Assembly: GCA_965249485.1 (NCBI GenBank)
Contig: OZ252239.1
Span: 3,616,001 to 3,680,000, forward strand
DNA from: a bacterium
Lineage (GTDB): Bacteria; SM23-31
Direction of reading: 5' to 3'
DNA: 64,000 nt
Shown: piece after piece, positions 52,697-61,543 of the stretch
How the letters are laid out: every line of letters starts with the position of its first letter
How positions within the stretch are numbered: position 1 is the first letter of the stretch
Made by a program: the position numbers and the translations under genes
Notes under the pieces: generated by a model
Databases searched by the model: none
The model's input: only the letters and a program-made list of their open reading frames with translations
Told to the model about the DNA's origin: nothing

Positions 52697-55111
52697 TTAA
52701 TACACGGGTTCTTTTCTTATATTTGTATAAATGAGTAATACTACAATTATAAGAAGCGAAATGATCATAATGTTTTGGCTTATTTCAACAAGTAGATTTT
52801 CGAAAATAAATTTAACATTATGATTACCTTCATTCAAAAAGATCCCTTTAAACAAATAATTCGCTTTATAAACTTCTGTTTCCACATCATTGACAAAACA
52901 CTTCCAATTAACATGAAAATTCTCACTAAGTACTAAGAAGCCCGATTTTTCCAGACTAACATCCAATTCAATATTGCCTTGCATTGACTCATAATTTACT
53001 ATATTTATGTTATATTTAATTGGTTGTTCATTTTCCGTATATTCAATATTAGAATTCTCAGGAATATCCTTTTCAATTACTACAGCAGAATTTAAATCCA
53101 TTTGTCCATTGAGGATTTTTTGAAGTATGCTGTTTTCATCTCTATCTATATCAAAATTGTTTCTCACATAAAACCAAGGGAGAGCAGAGCTATTGTTATA
53201 AACAAACAGATTTTCATCCTCATAAGATTTATCCAGGATTGGTACATTGATTTCCTGTGATGAAACCAAATATTTTGCGTTAACAAGTTTTGCGAAATTG
53301 AGTATGTTGTTATTATTTAAATTTGATAACATAGTGTCGTAACGTCTATTTGCGAAATCATGAAAACCAGAAACTAATACAATATCCTTATATTGAAATC
53401 GGCTTTGCAGTGGTTGATTGAGCGGCAACACACGATAGTGTGATTTGTCTGAATTTTTGATATACTCATATACAGGAATTATCTGTTCTGATGGTGGAAC
53501 AATAGAAGAAACCGGATCTGTTTTTAAAAACTTCTTATCAATTCTCCAAAAATCCGCAACAAAAATTAATGATAGTATTATAGGTAGGTATAATGGATTT
53601 ATTTTAGATTTTGATATCAAATAAATGAGCATTCCAACTATTAGGAAAATAAATGATGTAATGAGAAATCCTGTTGATAGTTGGGGAAGGTTGTTTGTAT
53701 AAAACTGCAATTTATTTCCAGCAAGATCCTGATAAAATAATGCACGCCACGGCTCGAGTATTATCGAAGGATTAATAAATGAGATAAATAATAGACCTGC
53801 CAGCCCTATAGTAATTAGAGAGATTTTCTTAGAAATGATCACATTATCTTTATTAAGCAGATTATGCAAAACAATACTGGCAAGCACATATGCAGAAAAA
53901 GCAGATACGAAAATCATAAATGATGGAGCACGAAACGATTTCATACCGGGTACGATATGAAACATAATATTAAATACAGGTGTCGCCGATCCGAGTGAAA
54001 AAAGTATTCCAAACATGAAAATTACGAAGAAAAACCTTACAGTTTTTATTCTTCGAAAATAAAAGGCGGACAATACTGCAAGAAAAAATACTATCCCCCC
54101 AAAATAGTCTGCATTCAATTTAAATACATTCTTCCCCCAATAATATCTCCCAGCCTCCGTGTCAAAATGCACAAATTCAGGTACAAGTAGTGATGCGATT
54201 TCTTCCGGATGCAACGACCATGATGTTGCATACTCTTGTGTTACTCCTTCACCCTGAACACCTGCTCGTTTTGATTCAGTTGTTGTATGGAAATATTGCG
54301 GTACAAATCCTCGAGCTCCAAAGCCCAATCCTAACACAACTGCAAATGTAAAAAAAACTGTTTTTTTGATAAGTAAACGGATTTGTTTTGTGCTAAAATA
54401 TTCAGATGCAACCCTGTAAATTAAATAAAAACCAAGCATGAGAAAAGAATAATGTACAAATTGGAGATGTGTGAAATAGATATCGATCCCCATGAAAAAT
54501 GCAAGCCACACAAAATACTTGATTTTACCGGTATCAAGTCCTTTTTTTAAAAAGAAGAAAAGAATAGGTAAAATTGCAATAACGCCCATTTTTGAAAAAT
54601 GGCCGGCATACGTAAATGACATTGAATGTGGAGATAACTGATACCCAATAGACAATGCTGTTGCAAGAGCTTTTCCAATTTCTAATTCCCGCAGCAATAT
54701 ATACATGCATATTCCGGAAAGGGATATTAAAAAGATCATAAATAAAAAGTGCACCTGATAGTCATAAAAAAATGGGATGAATATATCAACAAATAAGATC
54801 CGTATCACTTCAGCCAAACCAATAGAAGTAGGCATTCCTCCAAGTGATGAATTCCATACAATTTGCTGTTTAAAGGGATTTATGACATCATTAAACGATT
54901 TCCCTTGATCACCATAACCTTGATAAGCACCATCCGTTGTAAACATGGAGTTATCAGAGATTAGCTCAGGTGCAAAATAGATAAACGCTAAAAGAAATAA
55001 AATGATATAAAAAAAATAATCCTTAGCTAATAGTGTGTTCACGGTTCTTTGAAAAGAAGATAGCTGAACCTTTTGGGGCGATATTTTTGATTTGATATTC
55101 TTTTTTTTCAT
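52697..55111 (-). CDS. YfhO-family membrane protein (GT-C)
   Basis: WN....GMP, GH..K, SWS.HP.E, FRAP, C-terminal LSE.....W...V......KANYLF.G.....G.H.V.F. Confidence 0.82.
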   Translation of the reverse strand: MKKKNIKSKISPQKVQLSSFQRTVNTLLAKDYFFYIILFLLAFIYFAPELISDNSMFTTDGAYQGYGDQGKSFNDVINPFKQQIVWNSSLGGMPTSIGLAEVIRILFVDIFIPFFYDYQVHFLFMIFLISLSGICMYILLRELEIGKALATALSIGYQLSPHSMSFTYAGHFSKMGVIAILPILFFFLKKGLDTGKIKYFVWLAFFMGIDIYFTHLQFVHYSFLMLGFYLIYRVASEYFSTKQIRLLIKKTVFFTFAVVLGLGFGARGFVPQYFHTTTESKRAGVQGEGVTQEYATSWSLHPEEIASLLVPEFVHFDTEAGRYYWGKNVFKLNADYFGGIVFFLAVLSAFYFRRIKTVRFFFVIFMFGILFSLGSATPVFNIMFHIVPGMKSFRAPSFMIFVSAFSAYVLASIVLHNLLNKDNVIISKKISLITIGLAGLLFISFINPSIILEPWRALFYQDLAGNKLQFYTNNLPQLSTGFLITSFIFLIVGMLIYLISKSKINPLYLPIILSLIFVADFWRIDKKFLKTDPVSSIVPPSEQIIPVYEYIKNSDKSHYRVLPLNQPLQSRFQYKDIVLVSGFHDFANRRYDTMLSNLNNNNILNFAKLVNAKYLVSSQEINVPILDKSYEDENLFVYNNSSALPWFYVRNNFDIDRDENSILQKILNGQMDLNSAVVIEKDIPENSNIEYTENEQPIKYNINIVNYESMQGNIELDVSLEKSGFLVLSENFHVNWKCFVNDVETEVYKANYLFKGIFLNEGNHNVKFIFENLLVEISQNIMIISLLIIVVLLIYTNIRKEPVY

Positions 55112-55435
55112 AGTTTCACATTGTCAATGAAAGACATCATGCACTTCATTACTTCGACATTTGGATCTGATTTGATCCAATCGAAAATCAAAGCAAAAAA
55201 GGATCGTTAATCTTTTATACATCTCATTTTAACAATAATCCTCGCGGTATCACATTCTTGGGAAAATTGTTGATTGATCTGGAAATTGTTATTGCGGTAA
55301 TTGGACATCTTGATAAAAAATCAAGTGATTATCAGGGGCGCACCGTGTTTTCTGTTGCTGCTGATACATCAGCATTCGCAAATCATACGGTTGTTTTTGA
55401 ATTATAAATTTTAGATATCTCAGGGGAATCTCCAT

Positions 55436-56209
55436 CTATTTTTCAGGAAATTTCCCTGTAATAACAATATTGAAACTGAGTTTTTTTATAATTCCCGGTA
55501 AATAACCAATAATAGTATCAAACATAATTGACAATCGACTCAAAGGAACGAATATAAACTGGGGATATAAGATCACTTGTGCGAAAATGGGCATGAAGAA
55601 CCCTTGATAATCGACTGAAATTTCGGTGATACCGTGACTGGAGAAAAGATCTATCAGATATTTTTCGGAAAAAAACTGCTGGTCTTTAGAATACATCGGA
55701 TCGATTATTTTACGAATAAAACGCATCAATCTTATGAGAGGATTACTCTTCTGCGGCTCAATTGCCATAAAGACGGCATTCGATTTTGCCATCCGAACAA
55801 TAGAGTCCATGACATCCCCAAGTTCAGTCATGTGATGCAATGCCCCTATTGACATAACTACATCCGCGCTATTTTGAGGTAATTCACCGGATTTAATATT
55901 GCTAGCGATAAACTCAGCTTTTTTATTACCACTATTAAATAGCTGAGCTTCTTTTATAAATTCGTCAGACTGGTCAATTCCAATATAACGCTCATACAAA
56001 CCAGCGAGATACTTTGCCGGCGCACCCACACCGCAACCGATATCCACAATCGTACCTAGCTTTGATATATTCTTTAAGACAGGTTTTAAGGCAAAAAACA
56101 ATTGTTTTTTTCGAGCAATCGAGGAGGAGACAACGGAATCTTTCCTTGAGTAGCCATATGCAATATCATCAAAGAGTTTTTTATCTTGTAATTCCTGCGA
56201 CATTATCAA
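55436..56209 (-). CDS. Class I SAM-dependent methyltransferase
   Basis: DIGCGVG, GID.S, ALHH, EP. Confidence 0.85.
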   Translation of the reverse strand: MIMSQELQDKKLFDDIAYGYSRKDSVVSSSIARKKQLFFALKPVLKNISKLGTIVDIGCGVGAPAKYLAGLYERYIGIDQSDEFIKEAQLFNSGNKKAEFIASNIKSGELPQNSADVVMSIGALHHMTELGDVMDSIVRMAKSNAVFMAIEPQKSNPLIRLMRFIRKIIDPMYSKDQQFFSEKYLIDLFSSHGITEISVDYQGFFMPIFAQVILYPQFIFVPLSRLSIMFDTIIGYLPGIIKKLSFNIVITGKFPEK

Positions 56210-56314
56210 TTCATCTACAATTTACTTAACAGTTTCAATAATAATGACTCTAACAAATCACCTGCATAATCTTTTCAAACTGCCTGTGTAACCGTTCATC
56301 CCTCAGCTTACCAC

Positions 56315-57166
56315 TTATCTCTTTCGAACAATTAAATCGGCAAGAAGGCCAAATATGATTATCATAACCGTAAACAGCGATATAACTATCGATTTATCAG
56401 TTAATCCCTGCAAGATCACAACATCATAAGTGACCACACCACAGGATAGTATAATAAACATAAAACTTACCGGCAAAAAAACTTTTAACGGGTTGAAATA
56501 AATACTTGTCCTGATCAAAAGAAGTAAAAAATCAATTGCGTTCCGACTTTTTATCTTTGATTTACCCACTCTTTTTTTATAATCAATGGGAATATATTTC
56601 ACCTCATATTTATCACAAAGTAGAGCCATCGTAATAGTAGATGTTAGAGAAAACCCACTGGGAAGAATATGCTGATATTTCAATAATAAATCTTTTTTAA
56701 TGACCCTTAGTCCGGAATTCAGATCTGGTATTACCGTTTCAGTAAGAAAATTTGCGAATTTATTGAGAACCCATTTCGCCGGCTTTCTGATCATCGGAAT
56801 ATGCACCTCTTTTCCGGTGCGGGCACCGACAACCATATCGAATGCATCGGTAAAGCGGTAAAGTTCAGGTATCTTTTCATTTGGGTATGTTCTATCAGCA
56901 TCAGTAATGCCGATATGATCGAAGTGAGCTTTCTTGACGCCTGAAATGATTGACGCACCATACCCTTTGTTGAATTGGTGTTCAACTAATTTCACATCAT
57001 ATTTTGCGATGGTCTCTCGAGTATTATCTGTTGATTTATCATCAACAACTAATATTTCAAAAGGAATATCTGTCGCAGACAAGATCCTTTGAACTTCCTC
57101 GATAACTGAGCCGACACTTTTTTCTTCGTTATAGGCCGGGATTATAATGCTTAAACCTTTGCTCAT
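56315..57166 (-). CDS. GT2 glycosyltransferase with two C-terminal TM helices (ArnC/GtrB-like)
   Basis: IIIPAYNEE, VDD.S.D, N.GYG, DAD.TY, DLNSG.R, R.GKSK. Confidence 0.88.
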   Translation of the reverse strand: MSKGLSIIIPAYNEEKSVGSVIEEVQRILSATDIPFEILVVDDKSTDNTRETIAKYDVKLVEHQFNKGYGASIISGVKKAHFDHIGITDADRTYPNEKIPELYRFTDAFDMVVGARTGKEVHIPMIRKPAKWVLNKFANFLTETVIPDLNSGLRVIKKDLLLKYQHILPSGFSLTSTITMALLCDKYEVKYIPIDYKKRVGKSKIKSRNAIDFLLLLIRTSIYFNPLKVFLPVSFMFIILSCGVVTYDVVILQGLTDKSIVISLFTVMIIIFGLLADLIVRKR

Positions 57167-57168
57167 TT

Positions 57169-58109
57169 TTATAGTGTTTTCATCCAGTTATATTGTTGTT
57201 CAAGACCCTCTTCCAGAGAAACCGCGGGGCTATAATTAATAAGTTTTACTGCTTTATCAATTTCAGAATAGGTGTGTAAAACATCCCCTTTTTGCTTTTC
57301 CACATATTCGATATTAATATTATCTTTATTACACAACTTTTTCATAATGGCAAACAGGTCATTTACAGATGTTGCTCTATGACTGCCAACATTGAAACAT
57401 TCATTGTCCCCGGGGTGGATTGCGCTGGCAATTGTCGCGTTAACAATATCCGTAACATAAGTAAAGTCTCTTTTCTGATTCCCATCGCCAAAAACTTTTA
57501 TCGGCTTATTGTTTAAAATGTTTTTTATAAATAGATGAAAAGCCATATCCGGCCTCTGTCGCGGCCCATATACCGTAAAATATCTTAACCGGACAAAATG
57601 GGAATACCATACGCTTTGAAAAATGCGTTGCAGGTGTTTTCCGCGGCTAATTTTGTAACCCCATAAGGCGACAATGGTTTTTTGGGAGCATTTTCAGGGA
57701 TGGGCAAAACATCCTGATCTCCGTAGACAGACGATGATGAAGCAAAAACAAATTTCTTTATCTTGTAATTCTTCACCTGATCTAAAAGATTATTCGTCAA
57801 TAATACGTTGTTTTCAAGATAGTTATTAAAATAACTGCCCCAACTTTGACGAACTCCAGGTAAAGCGGCTAAGTGAAAAATATACTCTGTGTCTTTTAAA
57901 ATATCATCCAGTCTAAACTTTAATAAATTTTCATTTAGAAATGTAAACTTCCTATTATTAAGTAAATTTTTCAGATTATCTTTTTTGATCTCGGCAGAAT
58001 AGTTATCTGTAAAAGCATCAATTCCAACAACTTGAAACTTCTGATTGAGCAATTCTTCCGAAAGATGAGAGCCGATAAATCCCGCGGCTCCTGTTACCAA
58101 AGCTTTCAT
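57169..58109 (-). pseudogene. NAD-dependent epimerase (UDP-glucuronate 4-epimerase-like), frameshifted
   Basis: TGAAGFIG, HLAA.PGVR, YxxxK (YGVTK); LRYFTVYGPRQRPDMAF lies in another frame after about 57590. Confidence 0.85.
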
Positions 58110-58328
58110 ATATTTACAATAATGAGTTTTTATTTAAACAGGAATTTTCCCTTTCAAATCTCTGCAAGATATTGTTAGGGAGTTTTTGGAATTATGACAG
58201 CAAATTAACATTTAATCCTGTCATTTGCAAAAGGAATTTGGATAAAAAAATTCATGTAAGTGCCAAAGAAATGATCCACTTGCTAATTGTCATACATTAT
58301 TTGCTTTCAGTAATAATCAGACAAATTG

Positions 58329-59978
58329 TCAAAATTCCATTGTTGAAACCAACTTTTTATGAAGCACCATTAGTAAGAACAGAATGGAGACTATCACTGT
58401 ACCGGTAATAGCTTGCAGGTACCAACGATCCTGAAATATTTTAAATACCTGCACATACCATAGATCGAACCAATCAAATCCCTTCAATGATCTCCAAAAA
58501 ACCGTTCCTGTCGTGAATTTTTTAAGGTGGATATTGTATTGCATTGTCATGTCTTTGATAGCATCTTTATCAAACACAATAAGAGGAAAGTTTAATGATT
58601 CGCCTGTAGCCAACCGGTTTATCCCTGAGAATAACAAGTAATATGATCCTAATATTTGGGAATATTGGGGCATATCTATCCTTGTATAATAATCATGAGG
58701 GGATTCCTTTACAAGAAAACGCTCATAAGCTGAAAAATTCATGACAGTGGATGGCAGCTGTATGAATAATCCTACAGTTGCCGCTATTAAAAGTATTTTT
58801 TGGAAATTGATCTTTCCGGGAATATTACCATATTTTATTAAATAGATGACCGGAAGGCACAACACTGGTATTATTGGCACAAAATATCGCGCCCCCCACG
58901 CGCCAAAACTTGCCCAGTGCGTTGAAAATGAGAAAAATAGTACATAAGGGATACAGGCTGAGACATAGAACAGAAACAGACCCTTATTGTTCGCATACAA
59001 TTTTCTAATACCAAAAAAAGAGAGGATGAGAATTGGATTAAAGATCAAAAGGCCTTTGCCCATACTTAAAAATATTTTTTGAAAATTTGCGATCCCATAA
59101 TAAACGTTAAACATCAACTCGGTTGATGTTGTCCCTTCCGTTCCCCGCACACTGTAGCCGGTTTGGAGAACATTGCCAAATCGCACATAATTATATAGCA
59201 GAAACAGTGACACTGGAATAATAAAACCAAGTATAAACTTAGCTCCGTATTGCAATACTTTATCTTTTTTGCTTTGATAAATAATGTAAAACAGGTATAT
59301 GGAAAATGCCGGAAAAAGTAACACAGTATACAATTTCGTTATTAAACAGCTTCCGGTAAAGATCCCGGCATAAAGAAGCAATGAAGATTTCCGCTCATAT
59401 TCAAATTTCACGAGCGTAAATAGTGCCAGGAGAATGAATAGTGCCGCTAACGGCTCTCCAAAACCAGATTTGACGGCATAAGTAAATAGCATTGTACCGA
59501 ATGTCAGACATCCTGTTATCAGCGCAGATTTTTTATTGTCCACTTCCAGTGATTTTAGTAGAGAAAAAAATACGGTGCAGATCAGTGCCGTAACAAAAAT
59601 ATTTTGCATGGAAAAGAAAAATACAAGGAGAAAGTCTCTCGGAATGAATGATAAAATCTTGGTAAAAATAAGTCCAGTTCCATAAAAAAGAGAACCGACA
59701 ATTATTTGACCTAATCCATGTTTGCTATATACTCTGTTATTTTGAGATGATAGGAACCGTATTTCCTCTGCAACAGCATTAAAGGAACCTGTCAATTCAC
59801 CCGCATTCTTTTCCTCAACGGAATCCCCAAGGTCAAAATTGCCGTCTTTAAAAACACTCTCAACAGTATAATAATTCCACAGCGCGTCTCCTCCAACATG
59901 ACCTGGGAAAAACAGGAAATATGTCGTCAGGATAAACAGGAAAATAAGCAGTTTGGATTTATTTGCTTTTGAGATCAT
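58329..59978 (-). CDS. GT-C-type membrane glycosyltransferase (ArnT/PMT-like)
   Basis: YSK.G.GQ, LYNY.RFG....TGY, GKGL..F.P, WG.RY..P; many TM helices. Confidence 0.72.
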   Translation of the reverse strand: MISKANKSKLLIFLFILTTYFLFFPGHVGGDALWNYYTVESVFKDGNFDLGDSVEEKNAGELTGSFNAVAEEIRFLSSQNNRVYSKHGLGQIIVGSLFYGTGLIFTKILSFIPRDFLLVFFFSMQNIFVTALICTVFFSLLKSLEVDNKKSALITGCLTFGTMLFTYAVKSGFGEPLAALFILLALFTLVKFEYERKSSLLLYAGIFTGSCLITKLYTVLLFPAFSIYLFYIIYQSKKDKVLQYGAKFILGFIIPVSLFLLYNYVRFGNVLQTGYSVRGTEGTTSTELMFNVYYGIANFQKIFLSMGKGLLIFNPILILSFFGIRKLYANNKGLFLFYVSACIPYVLFFSFSTHWASFGAWGARYFVPIIPVLCLPVIYLIKYGNIPGKINFQKILLIAATVGLFIQLPSTVMNFSAYERFLVKESPHDYYTRIDMPQYSQILGSYYLLFSGINRLATGESLNFPLIVFDKDAIKDMTMQYNIHLKKFTTGTVFWRSLKGFDWFDLWYVQVFKIFQDRWYLQAITGTVIVSILFLLMVLHKKLVSTMEF

Positions 59979-60930
59979 ATCTCCCCAATAGATTGATTAT
60001 ACCGCCAATGCAGCCTTCTATAACGAATGCAAAAAATATAAGCAGCGAATAGCTGAACGCCTGATTTGCCGTGACTCCGACTGTGGCAAAAAAGAAAATG
60101 TTTCCTGATTCTCTGATGCCTATTCCATTCAGTGAAACCGGCAGCACCGTCAACATGAATATGATTGGTGAAAAAATAAAAAAGTATCGCCAGTGAACCG
60201 TCAGGTTTGTCATTTGCGATATTGTATAAAAACTTAAATAATTAAATATCTGCATGAGAAGAGATAGGGAGAAAACGGTAAGCAAAAACTTTTTGTCTTT
60301 TTTGAACGAAACAACCGTTCGAAAGAACTTTTCAATTTTTTTTCCAATCTCCCGGAATTCAAATCGTTTTAAGATACGACATACCATGTTCACTGTAGTT
60401 TCACGGTTAAAAAGATAGAGGACCACCATAAAAACGACCGGAACAAGCACAAGAAAAAATCGCATAGAACCAAGGAACGACAATTCGTCCATAAAAATGA
60501 GTACGACTACAAAAACCAGAAAGAAATTCGATGCAATACCTAATATCCTGTCAAATAAGATAGAAGAAAATGCCGGGGTCTTTTTTTGCTCATTTTTCGA
60601 TACAATGTATGCTTTAACTATATCTCCGCCATATTGCGAGGGAAGGAACTGGCTATAAAATCTCCCTATGAAATACAGTTTAAATACTCCTATAATATTA
60701 TGATTTATATTTTGCTTTCTCAAAACACATTGCAATCGAAAGCTAATGAGCAAAATTGTTGAGAACCGGAGCAGCACAAAAGGTACCACATACTCTACGT
60801 TTAACCTTTGAATGATCGCTGATATGCTCTTCACATCAATACTCGGATGCCACAAGATCATTGCGATGACAGCAACGCTAAAAACTATTCTTAGTAAGTT
60901 TCCATATTTCCCGATGATCTGTTTGAGCAT
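59959..60930 (-). CDS. LPG-synthase TM-domain (UPF0104/AglD2-like) putative flippase
   Basis: F....LPS..GGD, S...DR, LPVS.NG.G.RE; ATG at 60930. Confidence 0.82.
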   Translation of the reverse strand: MLKQIIGKYGNLLRIVFSVAVIAMILWHPSIDVKSISAIIQRLNVEYVVPFVLLRFSTILLISFRLQCVLRKQNINHNIIGVFKLYFIGRFYSQFLPSQYGGDIVKAYIVSKNEQKKTPAFSSILFDRILGIASNFFLVFVVVLIFMDELSFLGSMRFFLVLVPVVFMVVLYLFNRETTVNMVCRILKRFEFREIGKKIEKFFRTVVSFKKDKKFLLTVFSLSLLMQIFNYLSFYTISQMTNLTVHWRYFFIFSPIIFMLTVLPVSLNGIGIRESGNIFFFATVGVTANQAFSYSLLIFFAFVIEGCIGGIINLLGRYDLKSK

Positions 60931-61399
60931 TATGGTCTCAGAGCAATGACAATTTACAAACAAGGTAATATAACAATTTTTTGCGGGATTCTACCTAATA
61001 TTATTAGAGTAAACAGAGCGCCTGAATTAAAAAACAAGCAGTACCCTCCTATATCACGCTGCAATAGTAGTATATCTGCTATATTCTGCTTGCATTTCAA
61101 TTTTCTAATGAATATCATTAAGCGCTTCGGGCTTATGCAAAATTGATACTTGCTTAAGAGTAATTTTTTATGTTATGAATTCCGATGGATCAGATCCGCC
61201 TTACGAACAACGATAGCTGGGACGGTATGCCGTCCTTGTCACCGGCAAAAAAGTAAACCGCATGAATGTATAGCAAATTTACACAGCGGTCAACATCATA
61301 TATTCAGGTTGCATCATCACAATGACCCCCTGTGCCGATTTGCAAATATTTATAAATATATCCAAATAATCATCTACTGTGTTGTGTCACCTTCTGCTA

Positions 61400-61438
61400 T
61401 GTGCTAATATGTTGAAATGCTTTCAACATATTAGCACA
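61400..61438. repeat. Perfect 18-bp inverted repeat with a 3-nt loop
   Basis: TGTGCTAATATGTTGAAA-TGC-TTTCAACATATTAGCACA. Confidence 0.9.
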
Positions 61439-61543
61439 ATCCGGTCAACACTTTTTGTTATCTCGAAGATCAAAACATGAGGAACAGCAACCGTGTTCCA
61501 CTACTATATAATGAAACTAAAAATAGTCGGAAAGGAAAAAGCG

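Noticed and set aside
55120..55435. Possible small gene or remnant between the methyltransferase and the YfhO-like gene
   Set aside because: Only short open frames with no recognisable motif, so it cannot be supported.
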